Source of the DNA: Eubacteriales bacterium
GTDB lineage: Bacteria > Bacillota > Clostridia > Oscillospirales > CAG-272
Assembly: GCA_045577755.1 (NCBI GenBank)
Contig: JAZNJA010000059.1
Span: forward strand, 1 to 61,934
DNA: 61,934 nucleotides
Reading direction: 5' to 3'
Under the pieces are notes generated by a model. That model had not been told where the DNA came from. It made no database searches and saw nothing but the letters and a program-made list of their open reading frames with translations. The translations under genes and the position numbers were made by a program. Positions within the stretch are counted from its first letter, which is position 1. Every line of letters begins with the position of its first letter. Shown here one piece after another: positions 26,557 to 39,362 of the stretch.

Positions 26557-28746
26557 TTATTCGTTCTCCCGGAACTGCTCGGGGAACTGCATCTTGTATT
26601 CGTCGATGGCCGCGGTCAGCAGGTCGTAGGCCTCGCTGACGCCGCCGGCTACCTGGGCGCCCGCCATGTCGAAGTGGCCGCCGCCCTCCAGCTTTTCCAT
26701 GATGAGCTGGACGTTGACCCGTCCCTTGGAGCGGGCCGAGACAGCCACCGAGCTGCCGATGACAGCGAAGGCGAAGGAAGCCTCCACGCCCCGTATGCCG
26801 AGGAGCTTGTCGGCGGCCTTGGAGGCGGCGATGCGGTCATCCTGGGAGGGAGTATGGTCGTCGCTCAGCCAGGTGATGGCGAAGACGTCCTTGTAAATGT
26901 GGGTATGGGCGTCGAAATCACTGGCGACCAGCAGCTCCTCGATCTTCTCGTTGAAGAACTCCCGCGCCACACCCGTGTGGGCGTTGCGGCTGTAGAGGTA
27001 GTAAGTGATCTCGAAGGTCTGGGCGCCCGCGGCGCGGGTGAAGTTGTGGGTGTCCAGCATGATGCCCGCCAGAAGCAGGTTGGCTTCTTCCTTGTAGAGG
27101 GTCTCGGCGTAGTCGCTCTGCTGCAGGATCTCGGCGATGATCTCGCTGGCAGAGGACTTGGTGGCCTCAATGTAGTGAAGGAAGGGGGTGAAGGGAAGCT
27201 CGTTGACCAGACGGTGGTGGTCGATGACGGCGATGTTGGAAACGCCGTCCTCGGTGGAGATACTGCCCACCAGCTGAGGAGCCTCGAAGATATAGGGGTT
27301 GTTGACGTCGGTGATGATGAGGACGGTACGGGTGGTGACGGCCTGCTGAGCCGCGGCTTTATCGATGAAGACGTGGTCGTACTCCGCCAGCGGCTTCAGG
27401 GATTCCCGGCAGATGAGGAAGGTGTCGCAGGTCTTATGGGTGACGATCCGCACAGGTACCCGCCCCCGTCCCTGCTTTTCCAGAATACTGCGGCAGAGGC
27501 GGTAGGCACCCACGGTGGAGCCGATGGCGTCGAAGTCGGGATTGGCGTGTCCCATGATGAGGACGTTGTCGCAGGCGGCCAGCCGCTTTTCCAGCAGATG
27601 GGCGCTGACGCGGGAGGAGATGGAGGTATTGGACTCCAGGGTCTTGTGGGCACCGCCGAAGTAGGTCATACCGCTGACCCCGCGGCGCTGGACCACCACC
27701 TGGTTACCGCCTCGCTGGAGCGCCAGCTCCAGGGCGGCGTTGGCGGCCTTTTCCCGATCCTGCATGGTGCCGTCGATATCGGCGATACCCATGGACACCG
27801 ACACGGGGAAGCTGTTATCACCCACGCGGATATTCATGATCTGATCCAGAATGGAGAAATCATCCCGGATACAGCTCTCCAGCATTTCGGAGGAAAAAAT
27901 GGCCAGGTACTTGTCGCGGTCGTACTCCCGCAGCATACCGTTCATGCCGCTGACCCATTTCGCCAGAGTCTCCTCGATGAGGTTGGCGGTGGCGCGGTAA
28001 TTGGCGCGGACGAACTGGGTCAGCTCCTGGAGGTTATCCAGCATGATGTAGGCCAGAACCACGTGGGCGCGGTCGGTCTCCTCGGCCAGCTCCAGGTAAT
28101 CGTTGACGTCACGGAATATGAGGAAGTAGTAGTGATCCCGCTCGCGGCTGAGCAGGTAGCTTTCGATGCGGTAGCGGCGGCCGTCACCCAGGCGCACCAC
28201 CATGGAGCGGGGGTCGTTGTCGGCGGCCTGACGCTCGGGGGAGGGGACGGAGGGAGTAGCCTGGACCGTCATGCGGTCGGAATTGCGGGCGGAGGTAGCG
28301 ATCTGCTCCATGACGATCCCGGGGCAGACCTCCCGCAGAGCGACGTTGCAGATGGGAGAGCGGTAGCCCAAAATATCCTGCATGGCTGAGTTGATGACGC
28401 GGATCATGCCGTCGCCGTTGACCACGGCGTAGGGGATATCCACGGCGGTGCGCATCATCCGGTAGATGTCGTTGCCCAGCTGCTCGGCGGTCTCCTGAGC
28501 TCGCTTGATGCGGGCGAAGTGGATGACGTAGGCTACAAGGACGGTGCCCGCGGTCACGGCGTAGAAGATCAGGGCTCCCAGGCTGACGGCACCCAGATGA
28601 GAGATGCGGAAAAAGGCAAGCAGGGTCAAAAGGATCAAGAGCAGAAGCCCTTCGACGGCGCACAGGATCAGAGGCAGGCGAAGGTCGACCCACGTAGCTT
28701 TGCGGGAGACGCCTTGCTTGCTTGGGGAACGGGTCTTGTTTGACAT
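26557..28746 (-). CDS. gdpP: c-di-AMP phosphodiesterase GdpP-like (TM-PAS-degenerate GGDEF-DHH/DHHA1)
   Basis: GHANPDFDAIG, IDHH, GGGH; upstream of rplI-dnaB. Confidence 0.9.
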   Translation of the reverse strand: MSNKTRSPSKQGVSRKATWVDLRLPLILCAVEGLLLLILLTLLAFFRISHLGAVSLGALIFYAVTAGTVLVAYVIHFARIKRAQETAEQLGNDIYRMMRTAVDIPYAVVNGDGMIRVINSAMQDILGYRSPICNVALREVCPGIVMEQIATSARNSDRMTVQATPSVPSPERQAADNDPRSMVVRLGDGRRYRIESYLLSRERDHYYFLIFRDVNDYLELAEETDRAHVVLAYIMLDNLQELTQFVRANYRATANLIEETLAKWVSGMNGMLREYDRDKYLAIFSSEMLESCIRDDFSILDQIMNIRVGDNSFPVSVSMGIADIDGTMQDREKAANAALELALQRGGNQVVVQRRGVSGMTYFGGAHKTLESNTSISSRVSAHLLEKRLAACDNVLIMGHANPDFDAIGSTVGAYRLCRSILEKQGRGRVPVRIVTHKTCDTFLICRESLKPLAEYDHVFIDKAAAQQAVTTRTVLIITDVNNPYIFEAPQLVGSISTEDGVSNIAVIDHHRLVNELPFTPFLHYIEATKSSASEIIAEILQQSDYAETLYKEEANLLLAGIMLDTHNFTRAAGAQTFEITYYLYSRNAHTGVAREFFNEKIEELLVASDFDAHTHIYKDVFAITWLSDDHTPSQDDRIAASKAADKLLGIRGVEASFAFAVIGSSVAVSARSKGRVNVQLIMEKLEGGGHFDMAGAQVAGGVSEAYDLLTAAIDEYKMQFPEQFRENE

Positions 28747-28785
28747 GGGATCAGCTCCTTTCGGATGAAATCATGAGGACGGGGG

Positions 28786-30072
28786 TCAGAAGGGAGAGCC
28801 GTCATCGTCCTCGTCGGGCTTGAGCTTCTCGGCGGCGGCGGAGAAGACGTGACCGATAACCTCCACGGCGGCGAGGAGATAGGGCGCGAAGACCAGGAAG
28901 CCGAAGAACAGCAGGACCAGGTAGAACAGGCAGCCCACGTTGCGGGTGCCGTTGGCGGTCAGACCCCGCACAAGGCGGAGCAGACCGGCCAGGGCGAGGC
29001 CGGGGAGCAGGATGATGAAAACGTTCTGGGCCACGGTGCCGGAGAAGGTGGAATAGGCGCCCCGATCCAGGAACATGAGGATCCCGGCGGCGGTGAAGAC
29101 CAGGCAGGAGAGCAGACTCATGCGGAAGGCCTTGACCCGGTCGGTGATCGAGCGCTCCATACCGAAGGTGCGGAGGGCGGCGTGCAGAACGGTCTGGCAA
29201 GCGGCGATCAGGATGAGGGTGACGGCCGTCAGAATACCGGGGGTGAGGTTGATGGCGCTGTCGATGAGGTTACGGACGTTATCGTAGGTCAGCATCTCCT
29301 TCATGAGCGTGACTGTCTCGGGATGCAGTCCGGCGGGAAGCTCCTGGGAGACGATCTCCAGGGTCAGCGCCTCGCGGAACTCCTCCAGAGATGCCACGAG
29401 GACCTCGGGGGAGAGGGAACCCAGCGCGCGAAGGAGAGTGAACGCCACCAGGGTGGCGGAAGTCAATCCGAAAGCCAGAGAAGCGGCGCAGATGACCCCC
29501 ACGCGAGTGGGACCGTCTTCCTTTCCGGCGGAGGAGCGGGTGCCCTGTGCCAGGACAATAGCGGCGGGCCAAGGAAGCAGCACCGAGGCGGCGGACAGGA
29601 GGTCACGGGACAGGAGCGCCGTCACCGCGAAGGCGGCGATGGGGATGAGGGGCAGCCAAAGCAGGCGGCTCTTGGGCTGAACGGCGATCAGCAGGGAGCC
29701 CTCGCTGAGGATGAAGATCAGACCGCAGAAGGCGCCGGCGGGGAGGATGGAGCCCGACAGGTAGGTAAGGAACACGCCGGCCACCACGAAGAGGGGAAGC
29801 ATGGCACGGGCGGTGCGGGTGATCCGCCAGAGGTGAAAGGCCAACAGCAGGATCCCCGCCGCCGAAAAGATCTCGGCGAAGCTCGCCACGGCGGGATACG
29901 GGGAGGAGGCGATGACGCTCACACCCACCAGAAGGGCGGCGACCAGAAGGCATATATGGAGAATGACACCCGCGGAGCCGTCGATCCCCTTTCGGGGAAT
30001 GGGACAGAGGGGCGCGGTGCCGGGAGAAGCGGAGGAATTCAAGAAAAGCTCCTTTCCGTGCGGTGAGCGCAT
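28786..30072 (-). CDS. Polytopic membrane protein (YybS/DUF2232-like position); start uncertain
   Basis: Many TM segments; occupies the yybS position upstream of gdpP. Confidence 0.6.
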   Translation of the reverse strand: MRSPHGKELFLNSSASPGTAPLCPIPRKGIDGSAGVILHICLLVAALLVGVSVIASSPYPAVASFAEIFSAAGILLLAFHLWRITRTARAMLPLFVVAGVFLTYLSGSILPAGAFCGLIFILSEGSLLIAVQPKSRLLWLPLIPIAAFAVTALLSRDLLSAASVLLPWPAAIVLAQGTRSSAGKEDGPTRVGVICAASLAFGLTSATLVAFTLLRALGSLSPEVLVASLEEFREALTLEIVSQELPAGLHPETVTLMKEMLTYDNVRNLIDSAINLTPGILTAVTLILIAACQTVLHAALRTFGMERSITDRVKAFRMSLLSCLVFTAAGILMFLDRGAYSTFSGTVAQNVFIILLPGLALAGLLRLVRGLTANGTRNVGCLFYLVLLFFGFLVFAPYLLAAVEVIGHVFSAAAEKLKPDEDDDGSPF

Positions 30073-30297
30073 AGTTATAGATTATAATAGTATACCATAT
30101 AATTTCGATTTTGTAAACATATTCTTGATGGAAAATTTGGAAATAGTGTGTGAATAGCTGATTTCCAAGGAGAAAAGCTTTCCTCGAAGGCGCGGGAAGG
30201 GCGAAAAAAACGAGTGGCGCGGAGGGGAGAGGAGGACGCGGTTTTTGTCTATTTTTATCAGTTTCAAAAAATATCCGAATTATTTTGAAAAAACCCC

Positions 30298-30326
30298 TTG
30301 ACATCGCTTGATTTATGTGATAAAAT
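30298..30326 (+). promoter_or_regulatory. Sigma-A promoter of rpoBC
   Basis: TTGACA-17bp-TAAAAT with TG; ~300-nt leader follows. Confidence 0.75.
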
Positions 30327-30636
30327 AGTAAACTGCATTATAATCGCTTTCACTATGGGTATCTCTGCCTTCCGAAGGGGTGCCCGGTCAAAGAATCGCG
30401 ATTTTTCGAGGCGTTCCTTGTGCATTCTGACGAAGACGCGGAACGGGCGTTCCATACGACTTCGGCCGAGACATTTGCCGTGTCCTTGGGTTGTGCGTTT
30501 GACCCATGAGGCCCCTGACGTGCGCGTCCCGCATCCTCTGACGCTGTAAAGGCCGTCTCCCTATCCCCGCCGCCGCTCGGGAATGAGCCCGACGGTGCCG
30601 CTGTCCACCAACGATTTTGAATGGAGTGATTAATTC

Positions 30637-33600
30637 ATGGTCAATCTGAAAGATCAGAGACTCGGCGAGAACGTACGTAAGTCCTTCTCCCGCACCCGTT
30701 TCAACCTGGAGCTGCCCGACCTGGTAGAGATCCAGACCAAGTCCTATAAGTGGTTCCTCGAGGAGGGACTGACCGAGGTTCTGCACGAGGTCTCTCCCAT
30801 CACCGATTTCTCGGGTAACCTCCTCATCGAGTTCATGTCCTACACCCTCGACACCGAGAAGCCCAACTATCCCGTGGAGGAGTGCAAGGAGCGTGACGTC
30901 AACTACGCCGCCCCCCTGAAGGTCAACGTCCGTCTCACCAACAAGCAGACGGGTGAGGTCAAGCAGACCGATATCTTCATGGGCGAGTTCCCCCTCATGA
31001 CCGAGAACGGCACCTTCGTCATCAACGGTGCCGAGCGCGTCATCGTTTCCCAGATCATCCGCTCTCCCGGTATGTACTACGCCTCCGAGATCGACAAGAC
31101 CGGTAAGCGTACCTACTCTGCCCAGATCATCCCCTACCGCGGCGCATGGCTGGAGTACGAGACCGATATCAACGGCGTTATCTACGTCCGTATCGATAAG
31201 ACCCGTAAGGTTCCCATGACCATGTTCATCCGCGCCCTGGGTCTGGAGTCCCGGGACGAGATCTACGCCCTTCTGGGCGAGGACGAGCGCCTGAAGGTCA
31301 CCTTTGACAAGGACGAGACCGAGAACCTGGCCGCCACCAACCGTACCACCGCTCACGTGGAGGCCCTGAAGGAGATCTACAAGAAGCTCCGTCCCGGCGA
31401 GCCCGCTCTGGTGGAGTCCGCCGAGACCCTCATCAATAACTACTTCTTCGACCCCAAGAGATACGACATCGCCCCTGTCGGCCGCTACAAGTTCGACAAG
31501 AAGGTGGCCATTTCCTCCCGTATCGTCGGCCGCAAGCTGGCCGAGGATGCCGTCTCCCCCTTCACCGGTGAGGTGGTCTTTGAGGCGGGCACCGTCCTGA
31601 CCCTCGACATGGCTCTGCAGGTGGAGCGCGCGGGCGTCAACGAGATCCGCGTGGAGCTGGACAACGGCGACGTGGTCAAGGTTCTGTCCAACAATACCCT
31701 GGAGCCTGAGTACATCATCGGTATGGATCTGCAGGACTGCGGTATCAAGGAGCGTGTCCGCATCGCTATCCTCCGCGAGATCATGGAGGCCGCCGAGGGC
31801 GACCTGGACATGATGAAGAGCCTCGTCAAGGAGCGCATGGCCGAGCTGTGCCCCAAGCACATTACAAAGGACGATATCTTCGCTTCCATTAACTATATGC
31901 TCAACCTCACCCACGACGTGGGCAGCGTGGACGACATCGACCATCTGGGCAACCGCCGTATCCGCTCCGTGGGCGAGCAGCTCCAGAACCAGCTCCGTAT
32001 CGGCTTCGTCCGTATGGAGAAGATCATCAAGGAGCGTATGACCACCCAGGATAACGATAAGCTGACCCCCCAGGCCCTTATCAACATCCGCCCCGTGGCT
32101 ACCGTCATCCGCGAGTTCTTCGGCTCCTCTCAGCTGTCCCAGTTCGCCGACCAGAACAACCCCCTGGCCGAGCTGACCCACCGCCGCCGTCTGTCCGCTC
32201 TGGGTCCCGGCGGTCTGTCCCGTGACCGCGCCTCCTTCGACGTCCGTGACGTGCACTACACCCACTACGGCCGTATGTGCCCCATCGAGACCCCCGAAGG
32301 TCCTAACATCGGTCTGATCTCCTATCTGACTACCTACGCCCGCATCAGCGACTACGGCTTCATCGAGGCACCTTACCGCAAGGTCGTCCATGAGACCGAC
32401 GCAGAGGGCAACCCCGTCCACCGCGTCACCGACGAGGTGGTGTATATGACCGCTGACATGGAGGACAACTTCATCGTTGCCCAGGCAAACGAGCCTCTGG
32501 ACGAGAACGGCCGCTTCATCAACAGCAAGGTCACCGCCCGCGAGACCACCGAGATCGCCTCCATCGACGCTTCCCGCATCGACTACATGGACGTGTCTCC
32601 TAAGATGGTGGTGTCCGTGGCAACCGCTATGATCCCCTTCCTGGAGAACGACGATAACTCCCGTGCTCTGATGGGCGCGAACATGCAGAAGCAGGCTGTG
32701 CCTCTGATGGTCACCGACTCTCCCATCGTCGGTACCGGTATGGAGTACAAGGCTGCCGTGGATTCCGGCGTGGTCATCGTCGCCCGCAACGCGGGCCGCG
32801 TGGAGCGCGTGGAGGCCGACAAGATCGTCATCGTCACCGACGAGGGCGTCAAGGACACCTACCAGCTCCGCAAGTTCAAGAGAACCAACCAGGGTACCTG
32901 CTTCAACCAGAGACCCGTGGTCCGCTTCGGCCAGCTGGTCAAGGCCGGCCAGGTCATCGCCGACGGTCCTGCTACCTCCAACGGTGAGGTCGCCCTGGGT
33001 AAGAACGCCCTTATCGGCTTCATGACCTGGGAAGGCTACAACTACGAGGACGCAGTCCTTCTGAATGAGAGACTGGTCCGCGACGACGTCTATACCTCCC
33101 TCCATATCGAGGAGTACACCCACGAGGCCCGCGACACTAAGCTGGGTCCGGAGGAGATCACCCGTGAGATCCCCAACGTCGGCGAGGACGTCCTGAAGGA
33201 CCTGAACGCCGAGGGTATCGTCAAGAAGGGTACCGAGGTCCGCGCCGGTGACATCCTGGTGGGTAAGATCACCCCCAAGGGTGAGACCGAGCTGACCGCC
33301 GAGGAGAGACTGCTCCGCGCCATCTTCGGCGAAAAGGCCCGCGAGGTCCGCGATACCTCCCTCCGCCTGCCCCACGGTGAGTCGGGCGTGGTGGTGGACG
33401 TGCGCGTCTTCTCCCGCGAGGCCGGCGACGATCTGCCCGCCTCGGTCAACCGTGTGGTCAAGGTCTACATCGCTCAGAAGAGAAAGATCTCTGTGGGCGA
33501 TAAGATGGCAGGCCGCCACGGTAACAAGGGTGTCGTTTCCCGCATTCTGCCTCCCGAGGATATGCCCTTCCTGCCCGACGGTACTCCCCTGGATATCGTC

Positions 33601-34605
33601 CTGAACCCCCTGGGCGTGCCTTCCCGTATGAACATCGGTCAGGTGCTGGAGGTCCATCTGGGTATCGCCTCCCGCAAGCTGGGCTGGAAGATCATGACTC
33701 CCGTGTTCGACGGTGCCAACGAGCGAGACATCTCCGAGTGCCTCCAGATGGCTGACTACAGCCGTCCCCTGTTCGCCGGCGAGAACCCCGAGGGTAAGGA
33801 CCTCTTCGAGCTGACCTACGACGAGAACGGGAACAAGCAGTACCGTAAGCTCACTCCCGACGAGAAGGGCAATACCGCCTACGTGGAGTCCCTCCGCGTC
33901 TCCGACGGTCTGCGCCTCTTCGACGGTAAGACCGTGCTGTACGACGGCCGTACCGGTGAGCCCTTCGATAACCCCGTCACCGTGGGCGTCATGTACTACC
34001 TCAAGCTGCACCACCTGGTTGACGATAAGATCCACGCCCGCTCCAACGGTCCCTACTCGCTGGTCACCCAGCAGCCTCTGGGCGGTAAGGCCCAGTTCGG
34101 CGGACAGAGATTCGGCGAGATGGAGGTCTGGGCCCTGGAGGCCTACGGCGCCGCCTACACCCTGCAGGAGATCCTCACCGTCAAGTCCGACGATATCACC
34201 GGCCGCCGCAAGGCTTACGAGGCCATCATCAAGGGTCAGAACATTCCTACCCCCGGTGTGCCCGAGTCCTTCAAGGTGCTGGTTAAGGAGCTGCAGGCTC
34301 TGGCTCTGGATATCCGCGTCCTGAACAGCAAGGGCGAGGAGATCGACCTGGCTACCCTGGGCGCTGATGACGACGGTCCTACCTACCGCCGCCATAACCC
34401 CCGTTTGGATCGCCACATCATGGATGAGGACGATACCGACGCCGCCGTGGGTCAGACCGTGGCTACCGACGCGCTCTCCGAGGGCTACCTCGTGGAGAAG
34501 AGCGAGCTGGATGGCTACGAGATGAGCGGCCGCGAGGACGACTTCTACGAGGAGGAGATCGAGTTTGAGGCCGAGTCCTATGAGGACGAGGGCTACGACG
34601 AGTGA
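30637..34605 (+). CDS. rpoB: RNA polymerase beta subunit
   Basis: [49 protein letters not shown]. Confidence 0.99.
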   Translation: MVNLKDQRLGENVRKSFSRTRFNLELPDLVEIQTKSYKWFLEEGLTEVLHEVSPITDFSGNLLIEFMSYTLDTEKPNYPVEECKERDVNYAAPLKVNVRLTNKQTGEVKQTDIFMGEFPLMTENGTFVINGAERVIVSQIIRSPGMYYASEIDKTGKRTYSAQIIPYRGAWLEYETDINGVIYVRIDKTRKVPMTMFIRALGLESRDEIYALLGEDERLKVTFDKDETENLAATNRTTAHVEALKEIYKKLRPGEPALVESAETLINNYFFDPKRYDIAPVGRYKFDKKVAISSRIVGRKLAEDAVSPFTGEVVFEAGTVLTLDMALQVERAGVNEIRVELDNGDVVKVLSNNTLEPEYIIGMDLQDCGIKERVRIAILREIMEAAEGDLDMMKSLVKERMAELCPKHITKDDIFASINYMLNLTHDVGSVDDIDHLGNRRIRSVGEQLQNQLRIGFVRMEKIIKERMTTQDNDKLTPQALINIRPVATVIREFFGSSQLSQFADQNNPLAELTHRRRLSALGPGGLSRDRASFDVRDVHYTHYGRMCPIETPEGPNIGLISYLTTYARISDYGFIEAPYRKVVHETDAEGNPVHRVTDEVVYMTADMEDNFIVAQANEPLDENGRFINSKVTARETTEIASIDASRIDYMDVSPKMVVSVATAMIPFLENDDNSRALMGANMQKQAVPLMVTDSPIVGTGMEYKAAVDSGVVIVARNAGRVERVEADKIVIVTDEGVKDTYQLRKFKRTNQGTCFNQRPVVRFGQLVKAGQVIADGPATSNGEVALGKNALIGFMTWEGYNYEDAVLLNERLVRDDVYTSLHIEEYTHEARDTKLGPEEITREIPNVGEDVLKDLNAEGIVKKGTEVRAGDILVGKITPKGETELTAEERLLRAIFGEKAREVRDTSLRLPHGESGVVVDVRVFSREAGDDLPASVNRVVKVYIAQKRKISVGDKMAGRHGNKGVVSRILPPEDMPFLPDGTPLDIVLNPLGVPSRMNIGQVLEVHLGIASRKLGWKIMTPVFDGANERDISECLQMADYSRPLFAGENPEGKDLFELTYDENGNKQYRKLTPDEKGNTAYVESLRVSDGLRLFDGKTVLYDGRTGEPFDNPVTVGVMYYLKLHHLVDDKIHARSNGPYSLVTQQPLGGKAQFGGQRFGEMEVWALEAYGAAYTLQEILTVKSDDITGRRKAYEAIIKGQNIPTPGVPESFKVLVKELQALALDIRVLNSKGEEIDLATLGADDDGPTYRRHNPRLDRHIMDEDDTDAAVGQTVATDALSEGYLVEKSELDGYEMSGREDDFYEEEIEFEAESYEDEGYDE

Positions 34606-34730
34606 TCCCTGCCCGGGAAGATCCCCTGAAGATTCATTATTGATGCTTTTCATGAGCGCCGGGGGGGACGGCATTCCGTTCCCCTCGGCACAGAGAACCA
34701 CAATCTATATAGATAGAATGGAGAAGAACT

Positions 34731-37700
34731 GTGGAGCGTAACGAAATTTCATCCATCAAAATTGGTTTGGCGTCTCCGGACATGATCCGCGGCTGGTCCT
34801 ACGGTGAAGTCCAGAAGCCCGAGACCATCAACTACCGCACCCTGAAGGCCGAGATCGGCGGTCTCTTCTGCGAGAAGATCTTTGGTCCCACCAAGGACGG
34901 CGCTTGTATGTGCGGTAAGTATAAGAATTCCCACAGTAAAGAGGTCATCAAGTGTGAAAAGTGCGGCGTGGACGTGACCACCAAGAAGGTCCGCCGCGAG
35001 CGCATGGGTCACATCGAGCTGGCTTCCCCCGTGTCCCATATCTGGTACTTCAAGGCCATTCCCTCCCGTATGGCCCTGGTGCTGGACATCTCCCCCAAGC
35101 AGCTGGAGCAGGTCCTGTACTTCGCTGAGAACGTGGTGCTGGATCCCGGCGCTACGCCTCTCATGGCCGGTACGGTCCTGTCCGAGAAGCAGCTCATGGA
35201 GTACCGCGAGATGTATGGCAACGAGTTCCGCGTGGGCATGGGCGCCGAGGCCATCAAGGAGCTGCTCGCCCGTATCGACGTAAACGAGCTCTCCGCGCAG
35301 CTGAAGGACGACCTCAGCCGTGCCTCGGGTCAGAAGAAGACCCGTATCATCAAGCGCCTGGAGGTCATCGAGGCCTTCCGCACCTCGGGCAACAAGCTGG
35401 AGTGGATGGTGCTGGACGTCCTGCCCGTCATCCCCCCCGATATCCGTTCCATGGTGCAACTGGACGGCGGCCGCTTCGCCTCCTCTGACCTCAACGAGCT
35501 GTACCGCCGCGTCATCGCCCGTAACAACCGTCTCAAGAAGCTCCTTGAGATCCATACCCCCGATATCGTCATCCGCAACGAGAAGAGAATGCTGCAGGAG
35601 GCTGTCGACGCTCTGGTCGACAACGGCCGCCGCGGCAAGCCCGTCACCGGTCCCTCCAACCGTCCCCTCAAGTCTCTGTCCGAAATGCTCCGCGGTAAGC
35701 AGGGCCGTTTCCGTCAGAACCTTCTGGGTAAGCGCGTGGACTACTCCGGCCGTTCGGTTATCGTCGTCGGTCCTACCCTGAAGATCTACCAGTGCGGCCT
35801 GCCTAAGGAGATGGCCCTGGAGCTCTTCAAGCCCTTCGTGGTCAAGCGCCTCGTGGAGATGGGCAAGGCTACCAACGTCAAGGAGGCCCAAAAGAAGATC
35901 GAGCGCGTGTTCCCTGAGGTCTACGACGCCCTGGAGAACGTCATCAAGGAGCATCCCGTGCTTCTGAACCGCGCACCTACCCTGCACCGTCTGTCCATCC
36001 AGGCCTTCGAGCCCGTCCTGGTTGAGGGCCGTGCCATCAAGCTGCACCCCCTGGTGTGTACCGCGTTCAACGCCGACTTCGACGGCGACCAGATGCCCGT
36101 ACACGTGCCCCTGTCCGTGGAGGCCCAGGCCGAGGCCCGCTTCCTCATGCTCTCCGCCAATAACCTCCTGAAGCCTGTGGACGGTAAGGCTGTCACCGTG
36201 CCTACCCAGGATATGATCCTCGGCTCCTACTACCTCACCATGGATAAGCCCGGTGAGCCCGGTGAGGGCCGCGTATTCCGCAACGTGGACGAGGCCATGA
36301 TGGCCTACGCCAACCATCAGCTGGGTCTCCATGCCCCCATCAAGGTGCGCATGACCCGCGAGTTCGAGGAGACCGACGCCGAGGGCAACGTCACCCTCGT
36401 TCAGCGCACCAAGCTGGTGGACAAGAACGTCACCCTGGGCCGACTGATCTTCAACGAGGCCATCCCTCAGGGCATCGGCTTCAACAAGAAGCGTACCGAC
36501 GACTTCGATCTCGAGGTCTCCGAGGTGGTCAAGAAGAAGCAGCTGGGTCAGATCATCGACTGCTGCATCCGCGCCCGCGGTACCGCCGAGTGCGCTGAGA
36601 TGCTGGATAAGATCAAGGCCATGGGCTACAAGTATTCCACCCAGGCGTCCTTCTCCATCTCGGTCTACGATATGACCATTCCCGCCGAGAAGAAGGACTT
36701 CCTCGCCGAGGCGCAGAAGCGCGTGGATATCATCACCCGCCACTTCATGCGCGGTGAGCTGTCCGAGGAGGAGAGATACCAGGCCGTTATCAAGATCTGG
36801 GAGCAGACCACCGATAACGTCACCGGCGCTCTGACCAACTCCTTCTCCACCTACAATCCTATCAAGATCATGGCAGACTCCGGTGCCCGTGGTTCCATGA
36901 CCCAGATGAGACAGCTGGCCGGTATGCGCGGTCTGATGTTCTCCGCCACCGGTAAGACCATGGAGCTTCCTATCAAGTCCAACTTCCGCGAGGGTCTGAA
37001 CATCACCGAGTACTTCATGGGTGCCCGTTCCTCCCGTAAGTCCCTGTCGGATACCGCACTTCGTACCGCAGACTCGGGTTACCTGACCAGACGTCTCGTG
37101 GACGTCTCTCAGGAGGTCATCATCCGTGAGATCAAGTGTAACACCCAGAAGGGTGCCTGGGTCAACGACGTCATCGACGAGAAGGATAAGAACGTCCTGG
37201 AGCCCCTGTCCGACCGTATCATCGGCCGCTTCACCATGGGCGACGTGGTCAACCCCGCCACCGGTGAGATCATGATCCCCGACGACACCATGATCACCGA
37301 GGAAATGGCTTCCGATATCGTCAAGGCCGGTATCACCTCGGTCTGCATCCGTACCGCCATCCAGTGCCACGCCCGCTATGGCCTCTGCGCCCACTGCTAC
37401 GGCGCTGACCTGGCCTCCGGTAAGCTGGTTTCGGTCGGTGAGGCCGTGGGTATCATCGCTGCCCAGTCCATCGGTGAGCCCGGTACCCAGCTGACCATGA
37501 GAACCTTCCACTCCGGTGGTGTGGCGGGCTCGGATATTACCCAGGGTCTTCCCCGAGTCGAGGAGCTCTTTGAGGCCCGCGCTCCCAAGAAGGCCGCCAT
37601 CATGGCTGAGCAGAACGGCGTTGCCTATATCCAGCCGAACCCCGACGTGCCCGGCATGAACGACGTTACCGTCCACGACGAGAACGGCGTTGAGCTGGCT

Positions 37701-38327
37701 AAGTACCCCATCCCCTACGGTATGCGTCTCGCCATTACCGATGGCCAGGAGGTCGAGATCGGCCAGTCCCTCACCGAGGGCTCCAAGGCTCCTGCTGATA
37801 TCATGCGCATCCAGGGTCTGGACGCTGTGTACGAGTACATCATCAAGGAGATCCAGAAGGTGTACCGTTCTCAGTCGGTTAACGTCAACGATAAGCATAT
37901 CGAGATCATCGCACGTCAGATGACCCGTAAGCTCCGGGTCACCGAGAGCGGCGATACCACCCTCCTGGGCGGCTCCACCGTGGATATGTCCGATCTCGAG
38001 GAGGCCAACGCAGCCGTCGACGCCCGCATCGCCGCCGGCGAGGAGGGTCTGAAGTACGCCGAGGGCGAGCCCGTGCTCCTGGGTATCACCAAGGCATCCC
38101 TGGCCACCGAGTCCTTCATGTCCGCCGCCTCCTTCCAGGAGACCACCAAGGTGCTGGCCGAGGCCGCGATCCGCGGTAAGGTCGACCACCTCCGCGGCCT
38201 GAAGGAGAACGTCATCATCGGTAAGCTCATTCCCGCCGGTACCGGTATGTCCTGCTACAAGGAGATCACCGTCGAGGAGACCGCCAAGCTGGAGGCCGCC
38301 GAGAATACCGACGAGTCCGCTTCCTGA
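34731..38327 (+). CDS. rpoC: RNA polymerase beta' subunit
   Basis: GTG start; [34 protein letters not shown]. Confidence 0.99.
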   Translation: MERNEISSIKIGLASPDMIRGWSYGEVQKPETINYRTLKAEIGGLFCEKIFGPTKDGACMCGKYKNSHSKEVIKCEKCGVDVTTKKVRRERMGHIELASPVSHIWYFKAIPSRMALVLDISPKQLEQVLYFAENVVLDPGATPLMAGTVLSEKQLMEYREMYGNEFRVGMGAEAIKELLARIDVNELSAQLKDDLSRASGQKKTRIIKRLEVIEAFRTSGNKLEWMVLDVLPVIPPDIRSMVQLDGGRFASSDLNELYRRVIARNNRLKKLLEIHTPDIVIRNEKRMLQEAVDALVDNGRRGKPVTGPSNRPLKSLSEMLRGKQGRFRQNLLGKRVDYSGRSVIVVGPTLKIYQCGLPKEMALELFKPFVVKRLVEMGKATNVKEAQKKIERVFPEVYDALENVIKEHPVLLNRAPTLHRLSIQAFEPVLVEGRAIKLHPLVCTAFNADFDGDQMPVHVPLSVEAQAEARFLMLSANNLLKPVDGKAVTVPTQDMILGSYYLTMDKPGEPGEGRVFRNVDEAMMAYANHQLGLHAPIKVRMTREFEETDAEGNVTLVQRTKLVDKNVTLGRLIFNEAIPQGIGFNKKRTDDFDLEVSEVVKKKQLGQIIDCCIRARGTAECAEMLDKIKAMGYKYSTQASFSISVYDMTIPAEKKDFLAEAQKRVDIITRHFMRGELSEEERYQAVIKIWEQTTDNVTGALTNSFSTYNPIKIMADSGARGSMTQMRQLAGMRGLMFSATGKTMELPIKSNFREGLNITEYFMGARSSRKSLSDTALRTADSGYLTRRLVDVSQEVIIREIKCNTQKGAWVNDVIDEKDKNVLEPLSDRIIGRFTMGDVVNPATGEIMIPDDTMITEEMASDIVKAGITSVCIRTAIQCHARYGLCAHCYGADLASGKLVSVGEAVGIIAAQSIGEPGTQLTMRTFHSGGVAGSDITQGLPRVEELFEARAPKKAAIMAEQNGVAYIQPNPDVPGMNDVTVHDENGVELAKYPIPYGMRLAITDGQEVEIGQSLTEGSKAPADIMRIQGLDAVYEYIIKEIQKVYRSQSVNVNDKHIEIIARQMTRKLRVTESGDTTLLGGSTVDMSDLEEANAAVDARIAAGEEGLKYAEGEPVLLGITKASLATESFMSAASFQETTKVLAEAAIRGKVDHLRGLKENVIIGKLIPAGTGMSCYKEITVEETAKLEAAENTDESAS

Positions 38328-38540
38328 TCCACGGGTGTGACGAAAAACACATCCTCGGATTGAGCAGTTTTCACAAAATTTCCCGCCCCTGTGATCCGCA
38401 GGGGCGGGTCGTTTGCCCTTGAAACCCTCGCTTTCTGAGGCTTTCAGGGCTCTTTTCGTGTGAATTTCAACAGGAAAACCCCCATCGCGATTGGGGAAAT
38501 TGTATAATAGGGAAAAATTTTTCGGCTTGCGAATGTCTTC

Positions 38541-38569
38541 TTGACAAACGGAAAACCTTATGATATAAT
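38541..38569 (+). promoter_or_regulatory. Sigma-A promoter of the str operon
   Basis: Perfect TTGACA-17bp-TATAAT with TG. Confidence 0.85.
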
Positions 38570-38694
38570 AAATCTGTTCGCGCGTATACCCGAAGTGTGC
38601 CCAAAGCGAATTTCAGGCAGTCCCGCGCCCTCCCGAAAGGGATGTCGCGTCTGTATATACACACAAAAATTCACGAAGAAGGAGGAAATGAAGC

Positions 38695-39117
38695 ATGCCA
38701 ACCTTTAACCAGCTTGTGAGACAGGGCCGCAACGCCCGCGTTTACAAGTCCAAGTCGCCTGTTCTCCAGAAGGGCTACAACAGCCTGGAAGGTAAGACCA
38801 CCGACCAGTCCTCTCCCCAGAAGAGAGGTGTCTGCACCAAGGTTTCCACCACCACGCCCAAGAAGCCTAACTCCGCGCTCCGTAAGATCGCAAGAGTTCG
38901 TCTGACCAACGGCATGGAAGTCACCACCTACATCCCCGGTATCGGCCACAGCCTTCAGGAGCACTCTGTCGTCCTGATCCGTGGCGGCCGTGTACGTGAC
39001 CTCCCCGGTGTGCGTTACCACATCGTCCGCGGTACCCTGGATGCACAGGGCGTCGCAAACCGCCTGCAGAGCCGTTCCAAGTACGGCGCAAAGCGTCCTA
39101 AGGCCGCTAAGAAGTAA
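38695..39117 (+). CDS. rpsL: 30S ribosomal protein S12
   Basis: [29 protein letters not shown]. Confidence 0.99.
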   Translation: MPTFNQLVRQGRNARVYKSKSPVLQKGYNSLEGKTTDQSSPQKRGVCTKVSTTTPKKPNSALRKIARVRLTNGMEVTTYIPGIGHSLQEHSVVLIRGGRVRDLPGVRYHIVRGTLDAQGVANRLQSRSKYGAKRPKAAKK

Positions 39118-39362
39118 TCAGCAGACAGGACTTGCGGGGAAAGACCCGCCGCCGCTCGCGGCGTAAAAGCGAGTGTCCGCAATAGGACAGAGGGAGACGA
39201 GAGAGCAGTTTCATTCAAATCACACTCCGTGTGAGCGTTTCCTCGTGAATTTCTGTGTGTGTGTACGGAAGATTGCGAGAACCCACCCGGTACGTGGACA
39301 AGAGAAGAATGCTTTTGAGTACCTATGATTTCATGTAATACTAATGAAGGAGGGAAGTTACA

